Below, in pieces: positions 17,786 through 27,789 of a stretch of 64,000 nucleotides of DNA. Numbering within the stretch: position 1 is the stretch's first letter; the number at the start of each line of letters is the position of its first letter. Origin of the DNA: Patescibacteria group bacterium (GTDB taxonomy: Bacteria > Patescibacteriota > Microgenomatia > UBA1400 > PJMF01); assembly GCA_041747555.1 (NCBI GenBank), contig JBGTEY010000013.1, positions 16,814 to 80,813 on the forward strand, given 5' to 3'. The notes beneath the pieces are model-generated. The model had not been told where the DNA came from, did no database searches, and saw nothing but the letters and a program-made list of their open reading frames with translations. The translations under genes and the position numbers were made by a program.

Positions 17786-18748
17786 ATGTTGATTACCCGA
17801 TCACAGGAATTTAGATTTGTTCTCACCGTATTGTTTCTGTTGTTTGTGTATGTTTTGATGAGTGGTGCAACGCAAGCATTTGGGAACACGGTCACCACGA
17901 TTGCACAGGCAGAGACTCCCTCAGAATCAGAAACACCCGCGGCAGCTACAGATTCAAGTGATATCGAGAGCATCGAGACTTTAGAAGCTGAGCCAGTTGG
18001 ACAATTCATTTTCAACCGTCAAGTACACGCAGAAGAGCGGGCGCAATTGCAGGCCCTCTATAAAGCTCAAATTGCGAAGTATCGCACCTCTGAACGACAA
18101 TTCACACTTGATAAGCAGCAGTACGCGCAACTCCAAACGCTTGTTTCACTTGAGGTTGCTGTTCGATCGACTAGAGAAGTGTACCTCGATCGATCTAAAG
18201 TGCTGGTTACGTACATTGAGTTGGTTCGTCTCACACTTCAGGACACGCCAGGAATTGAGTTGGGGGCAAAAGATCGAGCGCTCGTCACGCTTGATGAGGC
18301 TCGACAAGATTTGCTCACACATCAAGATGCCATCCTCTTATCAGAGGACAGAATCGCTCTTGGAGCGCGTGCAAGTGAGTTTGCACTGCTGACAGCAACG
18401 ATTAATGATGCAATTTATAGAGGTCTGTTATTAATCAATCTGGGCAAGGTACAAACGCTCTCCGATCAGAGCCAAATTTTATTTGATGATATTTTGCAGT
18501 ATCATACAGATAATCCTGGGTCTGCACTGCAAGAATCTCAACGAACGAGAGCCCGCCAAGAAATTGAACGAAATTTAGAGAGAACCAAGAATAGTCTCAA
18601 AAAGATATCGGACAACTATTCAAGATTAGAAGCAGATAATGACACGATTTCTCGAAATACATTTAATCGATACTCAGGTGATTTGAGCACACCGTATTCT
18701 CAGTTGTCAAACGTTTTGTCATATCTAGCTGAATTTATTACCATTTAA
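17786..18748 (+). CDS. Secreted coiled-coil hypothetical protein
   Basis: Signal peptide, then a long predicted helical region. Confidence 0.3.
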   Translation: MLITRSQEFRFVLTVLFLLFVYVLMSGATQAFGNTVTTIAQAETPSESETPAAATDSSDIESIETLEAEPVGQFIFNRQVHAEERAQLQALYKAQIAKYRTSERQFTLDKQQYAQLQTLVSLEVAVRSTREVYLDRSKVLVTYIELVRLTLQDTPGIELGAKDRALVTLDEARQDLLTHQDAILLSEDRIALGARASEFALLTATINDAIYRGLLLINLGKVQTLSDQSQILFDDILQYHTDNPGSALQESQRTRARQEIERNLERTKNSLKKISDNYSRLEADNDTISRNTFNRYSGDLSTPYSQLSNVLSYLAEFITI

Positions 18749-18752
18749 AACC

Positions 18753-19169
18753 ATGCAAGATTCACTTACTAACCAAACACAATTTTCTCAAGAAGAGCCA
18801 TACCTCGAGCCACATGGTGAGCATGAACCAAAACCACTCGATCCTAAAACTCCAGATCTTAAAGATCAGGCTGCACCTCCACAGAAAGCTCCATTATCGA
18901 TGCAGATGAAAATTTTAATCGGTGCATCCGCAGTTCTTATTGTGCTTGTCCTAGTGCTTTTAATAACTAGCCGCAACGGCTCAACACAACAAACTGTTGA
19001 GCCGGAACCCACTATAACACCATCAACTATCCCCGCCGCCGCAAATCCACTACTAAATCGAGTTGATTCGCTCAAAGCTGCGCACGACACCGCAGACCCA
19101 TCAGAGAATGACCTTAGTTTTCCCCCGGTAAGCATGGATTTACGCCTTGATCCGCCGCCTCGTCGATAG
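18753..19169 (+). CDS. Pro-rich single-pass membrane protein
   Basis: ORF with a central TM (ILIGASAVLIVLVLVLLI) and Pro-rich flanks. Confidence 0.3.
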   Translation: MQDSLTNQTQFSQEEPYLEPHGEHEPKPLDPKTPDLKDQAAPPQKAPLSMQMKILIGASAVLIVLVLVLLITSRNGSTQQTVEPEPTITPSTIPAAANPLLNRVDSLKAAHDTADPSENDLSFPPVSMDLRLDPPPRR

Positions 19170-19171
19170 GA

Positions 19172-20044
19172 TTATTTTTTGTATGTTTTGCTAAGAAACG
19201 CTCTATTTGTATAGACAATGTACACAAAGAGCACCCAGAAACTTACACTCAGGATCGGGAAGGTAAGGGTGGGAAACGCAAATAGTGCAACGGTATGTGC
19301 AATGTGAGCTGGGACAATAATGTGGAGTCCAAGCTGAAACACATCTCGGATGCTCAGTTGATAGCCATAGATTCTAACTAATAAAAATCCAAGTAGTGAC
19401 TCAATTATCAAGATAAAAATAGTGCTGAGAATTGTAATGGTGATCATTGCAATTGCGCCCAATGCAATAAAAATTTCTCGAGTCATGTATATTGCCTCGA
19501 CCAGTGAGTCGACAGAGCTATCAATAGTATCGGTGGTCAGCACAAACGTTTCATCTTTTGGCAGAATACTAGACAGGTTAGTGTCAGACCAGGCATTATT
19601 TGAATCCTGCATGTATACCGTATTGCTGGAAATTACAAACAAACTCTGGGCATCATTGAGTGTCGTATCATCAAGCGTGGTAGAAGACGTCTGAAACTGT
19701 GCTAAATATGGTGGAAGGTTATATTCATCTGGGTCAATTGCTTGGGGGTATGAAACCTGCAAGAGTGGATTGCTGGCAGAAAGTTGATTGCCATCCCATT
19801 CAATAATTAGGTCTTTTGGGTAAGTGACTTTTACTTCAGTTGCGACTTGATGCATGAACTGCTCTGCTTGGGGAACGGTCTTGATGAGAAAATGGGTGGT
19901 CTCAACAACTCCAATTAACGCTAATGAAATCAGAAAAAAGCGAACACTAAACCACAGTGGCGCTCGCAATACGTCTCTGTAGTACTCGGCTGATGAAATA
20001 CTCTGAATAAACGCATACAGGTATGTTTTGGGTCTCATAAGCAT
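19172..20044 (-). CDS. Polytopic membrane protein (DUF1189-like), unknown function
   Basis: TM helices at both ends and an extracellular middle domain. Confidence 0.3.
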   Translation of the reverse strand: MLMRPKTYLYAFIQSISSAEYYRDVLRAPLWFSVRFFLISLALIGVVETTHFLIKTVPQAEQFMHQVATEVKVTYPKDLIIEWDGNQLSASNPLLQVSYPQAIDPDEYNLPPYLAQFQTSSTTLDDTTLNDAQSLFVISSNTVYMQDSNNAWSDTNLSSILPKDETFVLTTDTIDSSVDSLVEAIYMTREIFIALGAIAMITITILSTIFILIIESLLGFLLVRIYGYQLSIRDVFQLGLHIIVPAHIAHTVALFAFPTLTFPILSVSFWVLFVYIVYTNRAFLSKTYKK

Positions 20045-20098
20045 ATATCCTACTACATCAGGACTGTGTTGTCTTTCTAAATCTGGTACAATCAGCTC

Positions 20099-20653
20099 AT
20101 GTCATATTCATTCAACACCTTTAACGACAAAGCTACCTCGACACTTGAGCACATCAAGCGCGATCTATCGAGCCTGAGAACAGGCAGAGCATCAACGCAG
20201 TTGCTTGATCCAGTTGTGGTTGAAGCATACGGCACTAAGATGAAGCTAATTGAAGTAGCGACCGTACAGGCGCCGGATCCTTCGTTACTCACGGTCAGCC
20301 CGTATGACAAATCACTGCTCTCTAATATAGAGCGCGCTATTTCAGATTCTGATCTTCAGCTCAATGCAATTGTTGACGGTGAAATAATTCGCATCCCGAT
20401 TGCCATGCTGACTGAAGAAAAAAGAAAAGAAATGGTCAAATCACTTCATAAGAAAATTGAGCAAGGGAAAGCGCTTGTTAGAGTGCTTCGCACTCAAACA
20501 AAGAAGGAAATTGAAGACCAAGAAGGCGGAGAAGGGGTGAGTGAGGATGATGTGCGTACCGATTTGGAAGATCTTGAGAAAAAAGTGCAAGCCATGCTTA
20601 CTGATTTAGACGAATTGGCAGAGCGTAAAGAGAAAGAACTGCTCACCGTTTAA
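20099..20653 (+). CDS. frr: Ribosome recycling factor
   Basis: 184 aa; LRTGRASTQLLDPVVVEAYGTKMKLIEVATV... is the typical RRF. Confidence 0.9.
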   Translation: MSYSFNTFNDKATSTLEHIKRDLSSLRTGRASTQLLDPVVVEAYGTKMKLIEVATVQAPDPSLLTVSPYDKSLLSNIERAISDSDLQLNAIVDGEIIRIPIAMLTEEKRKEMVKSLHKKIEQGKALVRVLRTQTKKEIEDQEGGEGVSEDDVRTDLEDLEKKVQAMLTDLDELAERKEKELLTV

Positions 20654-20655
20654 TT

Positions 20656-21810
20656 ATGACCGTACTTATTTTCATACTAGTGCTCTCTTTTTTGGTTATT
20701 ATTCATGAACTAGGGCATTTTTTTGCTGCAAAATGGGCAAAAATAAAAATTGAGGAGTTTGGAGTTGGGTATCCGCCCCGAGCCATCAAATTATTTACTT
20801 GGCGTGGGACGGTATTTAGTCTCAACTGGATTCCTTTTGGGGGTTTTGTCAGAATGTCAGGTGAAGACGCCACCCCAGAAGAAAAAACTGCTGCAGAAGA
20901 CTCACCCACCAAAAAATCCAAAGACAAAAGCAAGCCCAAAGAAATAGATTTCTATCAAGCAACCACATTTCAAAAAATGGTGGTTATTTTAGCTGGTGCA
21001 ACGGTCAATTTCTTATTTGGAGCGATCGTATTTGCAGTTATTTTTACGTCAAATGGTATTCCAGAGCCAATCGAAACCGCGCGAATCGGATATGTCTCCC
21101 CCGACTCTCCCGCCGCTACTGCAGGCATACCAGAGAATGTCGAAATTATTGCGATTACCATTGACGATCAGTTGTATTCTATTGCTACGGCACAAGAAGT
21201 AATTGATCTTGTTGAGCAAAATCTCGGTAAAACGATGACCGTCACAACCACTGGCGCCTGCGACGGGCTCAGTTGCCAAGAAAGCGCCGCGACCTACGAC
21301 GTCTATGCCCGAACCCAAGAAGAACAACCAGAAAATCAAGGCGCAATGGGAGTCGCTTTTGATCAAGTTGCAAATGTGTATTACCCCGCATGGGAAATGC
21401 CGTTTCGAAGCATTGCGTTTGGTTTTGAACAAGCGCTTGAGCTGAGCCGACTTATTCTAGTAACGCTTGGTGAGCTTGGAAATGATGTTGTGACAGAAGG
21501 TAAGGTGCCAACAGAATTGGCGGGTCCCGTTGGAATTGCCAAACAAGCCCATGACACAGGACTGCTTTCTCAGGGAATTGGGACAATTGTTTCGTTTGCC
21601 GCATTACTTTCAGTCAATCTAGCAATAATGAATGTATTGCCTATTCCACCACTCGATGGAGGTAGAGCTGTATTAACGATCTTAGGCCTGGTCATGAAGA
21701 AAAAATATATCGATGTGATTGAGTATTATAGTAACTACACAGGATATATTTTCTTGATGGGATTAATTATTCTGGTAACTGCCCGCGATATTTTTCAGCT
21801 CTTTGTGTAA
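20656..21810 (+). CDS. rseP: RIP zinc metalloprotease RseP (site-2 protease, M50)
   Basis: HELGHFFAAK HExxH motif in TM1, a PDZ-like middle domain, and a C-terminal LDGG motif. Confidence 0.85.
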   Translation: MTVLIFILVLSFLVIIHELGHFFAAKWAKIKIEEFGVGYPPRAIKLFTWRGTVFSLNWIPFGGFVRMSGEDATPEEKTAAEDSPTKKSKDKSKPKEIDFYQATTFQKMVVILAGATVNFLFGAIVFAVIFTSNGIPEPIETARIGYVSPDSPAATAGIPENVEIIAITIDDQLYSIATAQEVIDLVEQNLGKTMTVTTTGACDGLSCQESAATYDVYARTQEEQPENQGAMGVAFDQVANVYYPAWEMPFRSIAFGFEQALELSRLILVTLGELGNDVVTEGKVPTELAGPVGIAKQAHDTGLLSQGIGTIVSFAALLSVNLAIMNVLPIPPLDGGRAVLTILGLVMKKKYIDVIEYYSNYTGYIFLMGLIILVTARDIFQLFV

Positions 21811-22068
21811 TATAGCTAGACCAACCGAGTACTATGAAACATTCACGAAATAAACCAAGAAGAATTAAACACAGAATTCGTAGGGAAGCTTCAAGTGACT
21901 CGTCTCTCTCTTTACTTGTACCCGATAGAGATCTAGTATATAAAGACTTACGTAAAACCGCATTTGTAACAGTCATTATTATTGTAATTCTCATTGTCGT
22001 CACGACATTGCCTGCGGTACAATAAGCAGCTGTGGTCAACAGCCTTGAGGTATAAGGAACGCCGAACT

Positions 22069-23262
22069 ATGAAGAAAACATCTGTCTGGGTAACAATTGG
22101 ACTCTATATCGTTTCGAGCGTGGTATCTTTCATGGTTTTTTCAAATACCGGTAGCGTTACCAGTGAAGAAGCTGAGCAGAGATCAGGTTCTACCCCACTT
22201 GGCGATGAAACCGCCCTTGGCGCACTCCTTGAAATTGATCCATCAGAACCCCGTGATCAAGCCTGTCCGCTCAACGGTGCATACTACACACAAACAGAAC
22301 GAGAAGCATGGGAAAAACGAAGACCACTTGCAGTGATGATCGAAAACGCACCCGACGCTCGACCCCATTCAGGTATCACGAGTGCTGACGTCGTCTATGA
22401 AATGGTTGCAGAAGGTGGAGTGACTCGATTTATGGCGATGTACTACTGTGACGCGCAACGGTTTGATACCACGATTGCTCCTGTTCGCTCAGCGCGAACT
22501 TATTTCTTGGATTATGCGTCTGGATATAACTTCCCCATGTACGTCCACGTTGGAGGTGCAAACACTCCAGGACCTGCAGATGCACTTGGTCAAATCAACG
22601 ACTATGGCTGGGCGCTTGAAAATGACATGAATCAGTTTTCTATTGGATATCCGACGTTTGTTCGAAATGCAAATCGGTTGGGACGTCCCGTCGCTACAGA
22701 GCACACCATGGAGACAACAACTGAGCTACTCTGGGATGTCGCTGAAGAACGTGGTTGGACCAATATGTCACCTGCACGAAGAATTGGCAGAACTTCCTAC
22801 GATGCAGAAGATTGGAAAGATGGTTACGAAGGCTGGAGTTTCCAAGATGAAGTACCAAATCCGGGTTCAGTCACCTCCATTACACATGACTTCTGGTCTG
22901 GATATGGACAATACGTCGTCCGCTGGGACTACAATGCTGATTCAAATACCTACGCTCGAACCATGGGTGGCGAACCACACACTGATCTCAACAATGATGA
23001 GCAAGTTGCTGCTAGCAACGTAGTGGTCATTTTGACAGAAGAAAAAGGCCCTATTGATGAGCTTAAACATATTCTGTACACCACCATAGGTACTGGCGAC
23101 GCGCTCATATTTAAGAACGGCGAAGCCATTGAGGCAACTTGGGTCAAACGAGACAGATTAGCTGAACTCACTTTTGTTGACAAAAAAGGTGATGACATCG
23201 AATTTGCACGAGGGCTGACATGGATCGCTGTCGTTGATGAGTCGACGGAAGTTGAGTACTAA
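22069..23262 (+). CDS. Secreted or lipo-protein, DUF3048 (YerB)-like
   Basis: Signal peptide from the internal ATG. RPLAVMIENAPDARPHSGITSADVVYEMVAEGGVTRFMAMYY resembles the DUF3048 N-domain. Confidence 0.45.
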   Translation: MKKTSVWVTIGLYIVSSVVSFMVFSNTGSVTSEEAEQRSGSTPLGDETALGALLEIDPSEPRDQACPLNGAYYTQTEREAWEKRRPLAVMIENAPDARPHSGITSADVVYEMVAEGGVTRFMAMYYCDAQRFDTTIAPVRSARTYFLDYASGYNFPMYVHVGGANTPGPADALGQINDYGWALENDMNQFSIGYPTFVRNANRLGRPVATEHTMETTTELLWDVAEERGWTNMSPARRIGRTSYDAEDWKDGYEGWSFQDEVPNPGSVTSITHDFWSGYGQYVVRWDYNADSNTYARTMGGEPHTDLNNDEQVAASNVVVILTEEKGPIDELKHILYTTIGTGDALIFKNGEAIEATWVKRDRLAELTFVDKKGDDIEFARGLTWIAVVDESTEVEY

Positions 23263-23280
23263 CGAAGGATTACCACGCGT

Positions 23281-23880
23281 ATGAATAGCATGCAAGACTT
23301 CATGATCTCTCGGGTACGGGTCAAGGTAATGGTTTTATTTTTTACTAATATAGAAGAACTATTTTACGTCAGAGAAATTACCAGGCGCACCAAAGAGGAA
23401 ATCAATGCCGTTCGACGTGAGCTTGATAGAATGCTCGGCGCAGGGTTGCTCAAGAGCGAACAACGCGGAAACCGACTCTACTACTACCTTAACCAGCGCT
23501 ATCTCTACTTTCAAGAACTCCAACAAATGGTTGTCAAATCCACAGGGATTGGTGAAAAGATGCGAAAGTTTCGCAGAAAACTTGGGTCTGTTTCATTTGT
23601 GATGTTTTCCGGAAGTTTTATTCGTGGTGCAGCACCCAAACAAGGCGAAGTTGATATTTTGGTAATCGGGGATATCGTACTCCCAGAACTCGCAGCACTC
23701 ATCAAAGAAGAAGAAAAAAAACTAGGTAGAGAAGTTAACTATGCCGTGTTCTCAGATGATGAATTTGAATTTAGAAAAACTAGACGAGATCCGTTTGTCA
23801 TGGATGTCCTGTATGGGTCACGAGCGATGGTCATTGGTGGCGAGGACGCATTCGTTGAGCGAAAAATTCAGGGGCTATGA
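23281..23880 (+). CDS. Winged-HTH plus minimal nucleotidyltransferase (MNT)-like fusion protein
   Basis: N-terminal wHTH-like segment. C-terminal MFSGSFIRGAAPKQGEVDILVIGD matches the GS-x9-D-x-D nucleotidyltransferase motif. Confidence 0.45.
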   Translation: MNSMQDFMISRVRVKVMVLFFTNIEELFYVREITRRTKEEINAVRRELDRMLGAGLLKSEQRGNRLYYYLNQRYLYFQELQQMVVKSTGIGEKMRKFRRKLGSVSFVMFSGSFIRGAAPKQGEVDILVIGDIVLPELAALIKEEEKKLGREVNYAVFSDDEFEFRKTRRDPFVMDVLYGSRAMVIGGEDAFVERKIQGL

Positions 23881-25226
23881 ATCATACCAAACGAAGATTT
23901 ATTTGGCTAATGGGCCTTCTGGTCGTCGCCAGCGTTTTGGCTTTACCGCAAAGCGTTCCGATTAACTTTTCACTTTTTGGGAAACACATTGAAACCACAA
24001 TTGGATCACCCAACATTAACGTTAATTTTTTTGGCACCCAAATTCAAAAATCATTTGAAATCAAACGTGGCCTTGATCTCCAGGGTGGAATGCAGATTGT
24101 GTTGAGAGCAGGCATGGACGAGATACCTGCAGAAGATCGGACTGTTGCCTTGGATTCTGCTCGAGAAGTATTGTTGCGGCGCGTCGATCTCTATGGAATT
24201 GCCGAGCCAGTTGTTCAAACCGCAATTTCTGGAGACGAGTATAGACTTCTCGTCGAGTTGCCCGGCGTTGATAATCCACAAGAAGCCATAGCACTTGTAG
24301 GTCAAACCGCACAGTTAGATTTTAGGCTGCTTTCTCTTGGAGAAGACCCCGTGGCAACCAGCGGCGGCGTAGCAGCTACGGCAATTGGATTAAGTGGAGC
24401 TGATCTCAAGCGAGCAACGGTGCAATTTGACCCCCAAACAGGCGAGCCTGGTGTTGGAATTGAGTTTGGTTCAGATGGTGCGCAGATTTTTTCTGATGTA
24501 ACTACCGAGCACACTGGAGAATTACTTGGCATTTTTCTAGATAATGATTTAATTATGGCGCCGAGAATTACCCAGCCTATTGCTGGCGGGCAAGCGAGCA
24601 TTACTGGCCAGTTTACCCCAGAGGAAGCAAAGCAGCTAAGTATTCAGTTAAATGCAGGGGCGTTACCGGTTCCTATTGAAGTATTAGAGCAGCGAACCAT
24701 CGGTGCGTCACTCGGAGCAGATTCAATTCAGAGAAGTGTTCGGGCAGGTGCGATTGGATTATTGCTCGTGATGGCATTTATGATTATGTATTATGGGAAA
24801 AATGGCATAATTTCGAGCGTTGTATTAGTTATGTATGGAATTTTCACGCTGGCACTCTATAAGCTGACGTCAATTACATTAACACTTCCCGGTATTGCGG
24901 GTTTAATTCTGTCAATTGGGATGGGAGTTGATAGCAACATTTTAATATTTGAGCGAATGAAAGAAGAATTGAGGCTCGGAAAGCCATATGCAGTGGCATT
25001 AGAACTGGGGTTTGGTCGTGCTTGGGATAGTATTAAGGATGCAAATGTCGTTACTATTGTTACAGCGTTGGTTTTGATAAATCCTTTTAATGTTTCCTTT
25101 CTCAATACATCTGGATTGGTGAGAGGGTTTGGTGTCACGCTGCTAGTTGGTGTACTACTATCACTATTTACTGGAGTTTTTGTGACGCGAACGTTGATGA
25201 GACTGTTTTTAAAGGAGCGAGCATGA
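23877..25226 (+). CDS. secD: Protein translocase subunit SecD
   Basis: GLDLQGGMQIVL motif and a C-terminal 6-TM domain. Confidence 0.85.
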   Translation: MNHTKRRFIWLMGLLVVASVLALPQSVPINFSLFGKHIETTIGSPNINVNFFGTQIQKSFEIKRGLDLQGGMQIVLRAGMDEIPAEDRTVALDSAREVLLRRVDLYGIAEPVVQTAISGDEYRLLVELPGVDNPQEAIALVGQTAQLDFRLLSLGEDPVATSGGVAATAIGLSGADLKRATVQFDPQTGEPGVGIEFGSDGAQIFSDVTTEHTGELLGIFLDNDLIMAPRITQPIAGGQASITGQFTPEEAKQLSIQLNAGALPVPIEVLEQRTIGASLGADSIQRSVRAGAIGLLLVMAFMIMYYGKNGIISSVVLVMYGIFTLALYKLTSITLTLPGIAGLILSIGMGVDSNILIFERMKEELRLGKPYAVALELGFGRAWDSIKDANVVTIVTALVLINPFNVSFLNTSGLVRGFGVTLLVGVLLSLFTGVFVTRTLMRLFLKERA

Positions 25227-26101
25227 ATTTCATGAAGTATCGATATTTTTACCTTGTATTTTCTTTTATTCTTATTGTGATAAGCCTGATTTCACTAGCT
25301 GTGCATGGTCTGCGTCCTTCAATTGACTTTGCTGGCGGAAGTTTGGTAGAGATTGTTGTCGAAGATGCAGAGTCGGTAGATGTTGAAGGTCTCACTACTC
25401 AACTTGGAGAGTTTTATGCAGTTGGCACAATTCAACCCGTTGGTGATGCAACGCTACAGATTAGGGGTGCTTCGCTCACCGAAGAATCACAAGCCATGGT
25501 GTTGGATGTAATAGATAGAGAGGTTGGCATCGTGGAAATTTCTTCTCTAGAAACCGTTGGACCGACACTTAGTCGAGAACTTCTTCAGAAAACAGTTTCG
25601 GCGGTAATTCTAGTTGCTGGTTTTATCATGGTCTATATCTGGAAGCAGTTTAATGAATTAAAGTATGGAATTTCTGCGATTATTGCTACCCTTCATGACT
25701 CACTAATTTTGCTTGGTAGTTTTAGTATTTTTGGATGGATGTTTGGGGCAGAAGTTGATGTACTCTTTGTGACAGCGCTCTTGACTACTTTGTCATTTTC
25801 AGTGCATGATACGATTGTTGTTTTCGACAGAATACGCGAGCTTTCAAGACGATTCCCAACTGCTTCATACCAAAAAATTGTTGATACTGCGATCACCGAG
25901 ACTCTTAGTCGCTCGTTGAATAATTCCATCACGATTATTATTATGCTTCTATCGCTCGTACTGATTGGAGGAGACAGCATTCATTGGTTTGCTACCGCGC
26001 TCTTGATAGGAGCTGTAGTGGGAACCTATTCCTCCACATTTACCGCAGTGCCACTCCTACTTATTTGGGATGAGATTTCTTCAAAAAAGTTAAAAAAATA
26101 G
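25223..26101 (+). CDS. secF: Protein translocase subunit SecF
   Basis: SIDFAGGSLVE motif. Coupled to secD. Confidence 0.85.
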   Translation: MNFMKYRYFYLVFSFILIVISLISLAVHGLRPSIDFAGGSLVEIVVEDAESVDVEGLTTQLGEFYAVGTIQPVGDATLQIRGASLTEESQAMVLDVIDREVGIVEISSLETVGPTLSRELLQKTVSAVILVAGFIMVYIWKQFNELKYGISAIIATLHDSLILLGSFSIFGWMFGAEVDVLFVTALLTTLSFSVHDTIVVFDRIRELSRRFPTASYQKIVDTAITETLSRSLNNSITIIIMLLSLVLIGGDSIHWFATALLIGAVVGTYSSTFTAVPLLLIWDEISSKKLKK

Positions 26102-26129
26102 TGTTGATTATTGCCAACTTGTAAATTAT

Positions 26130-27767
26130 TTACTGGTTCTGCTGCTCTATGATTGTAGTAGAGAGCTTGAGTAAATTTTCTCGAGTATTTTGATCTGGAT
26201 CATTGAGTACTACTTGCAACAATTCTGTAAGAATAGTGCCGAGTATCGGGCCAGGTTTGAGTGAAAATTCTTCCATCAAATCGGTTCCATTTATAGCTAA
26301 ATCAGTCACCTCCATTGGCTGATGGAGCTGCTCAATCATGCGTTGCTTCATTTCTTCGAGGCGCCAGCTTGTCTTACGGGCACCACTGCCCAAACGGTCA
26401 GCCTCTCTGACATCAAGAATATCATCCAAGTGTTCCAGCCCAACATTGCGCATAAAACGTCGAATAGACGCATCAGAGTTTTGCTCTTGGTAATGGAACA
26501 TATGAAACCGCACTAAGATAAAAAGACGATCGATGTCTTTCTTTGATAATTTCAGCCGTTGCCCAATTTTTTTGGCAATTCTGGCACCGATCACTTCGTG
26601 ATTGTAGAAGGTAGGCTGACCATTAATGAGCTTCATGGTTTGAGGTTTGGCAATATCATGAATCAGTGTTGCCAGCCGAACAATTGGATCAGTTGCAGGA
26701 GACGCTTCAAGTGCATCGAGACTATGCGTCCAGACGTCTGTGGTGTGATGACCACCTTGTTCGACGTTTTTTGCTTCTAGGAGCTCTGGCAAAACGGTTT
26801 GTAAGAGACCCGTTTCGTCAAGGAGCTCAATTGCTCGCTTTGGTTGCTTGCTCGATATCATTTTCAAAAACTCGGTGCTTATCCGTTCCCAACTAACAAA
26901 TGAGAGGAGATCTGCCTTTTTCTTAATAGCTTGCACCGTGTCTTGATCTATCGTTGCTTCAAGTTGAACAGCGAAACGAATTGCCCTGAGCAGGCGGAGT
27001 GCATCCTCGGTAAAACGGTCCTCGGCAATCCCGACTGTTTTCACAAGCTTGTTTTGTAAATCGGTATAACCATTAAAAGGATCAATAATGGTGTAATCGC
27101 TTGATGAGAGTGTACTATTCAGCTGAGTATCAAGGACTGTGCTGGTCTTTTTGGTTTCTAGTGCGGTCGAAAGTACATCAGAGGATAGTTGAATTGCCAT
27201 GGCGTTGATAGTGAAATCTCTACGTTCAAGGTCATCTTCGATATTTTCTCCCCAGCTCACTTGATCAGGCTTGCGGTGATTCTGATACGCTCCGTCAGAG
27301 CGAAAGGTAGTGATTTCAAAATTTTTAAGTTTAGAAAGAACTTTAGACGCTTTTTGGTCATCAGAAATCACTTCTTGCTGTAGCGATACATGAATTTTTG
27401 TTGCAGCTGAAATATCAATTATGCGATTTTCTCGATTTGTGTCATTTGGGAGGAGCCGTTCTGCCATCTCAAGGTCATCAAGTTTGTGCGGTAGTACTTT
27501 CCAAATTTCGGGTGGAGTTATCATCACTGTTCCATACTCATTTTCATAAAAACTTTCTGGAAACACTTTAAGAATTTGCTCAGGAGTAGCATTTGTAGTG
27601 AAGTCAAAATCAACAATGTGATCACGCCCCTGCAATAGATCACGCACCGCTCCACCCACAAGGTAGCACTCATACCCTGCAGCGTCCAGTTGTTTCATGA
27701 TATATACAACCTCAATTGGAATAGGAAGGCTGGTTGGAGGAGTAGTCGGTGAATCCATAGCCTTCAT
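26130..27767 (-). CDS. cca: CCA tRNA nucleotidyltransferase/poly(A) polymerase family protein with HD domain
   Basis: LVGGAVRDLLQGRDHIVDFDFTT is the head-domain motif. HHTTDVWTHSL and IHDIAKP are HD motifs. The start is trimmed to the ATG at 27767, because the track ORF runs into recJ. Confidence 0.7.
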   Translation of the reverse strand: MKAMDSPTTPPTSLPIPIEVVYIMKQLDAAGYECYLVGGAVRDLLQGRDHIVDFDFTTNATPEQILKVFPESFYENEYGTVMITPPEIWKVLPHKLDDLEMAERLLPNDTNRENRIIDISAATKIHVSLQQEVISDDQKASKVLSKLKNFEITTFRSDGAYQNHRKPDQVSWGENIEDDLERRDFTINAMAIQLSSDVLSTALETKKTSTVLDTQLNSTLSSSDYTIIDPFNGYTDLQNKLVKTVGIAEDRFTEDALRLLRAIRFAVQLEATIDQDTVQAIKKKADLLSFVSWERISTEFLKMISSKQPKRAIELLDETGLLQTVLPELLEAKNVEQGGHHTTDVWTHSLDALEASPATDPIVRLATLIHDIAKPQTMKLINGQPTFYNHEVIGARIAKKIGQRLKLSKKDIDRLFILVRFHMFHYQEQNSDASIRRFMRNVGLEHLDDILDVREADRLGSGARKTSWRLEEMKQRMIEQLHQPMEVTDLAINGTDLMEEFSLKPGPILGTILTELLQVVLNDPDQNTRENLLKLSTTIIEQQNQ

Positions 27768-27789
27768 TATACTGCATTTTGTTGCTACA

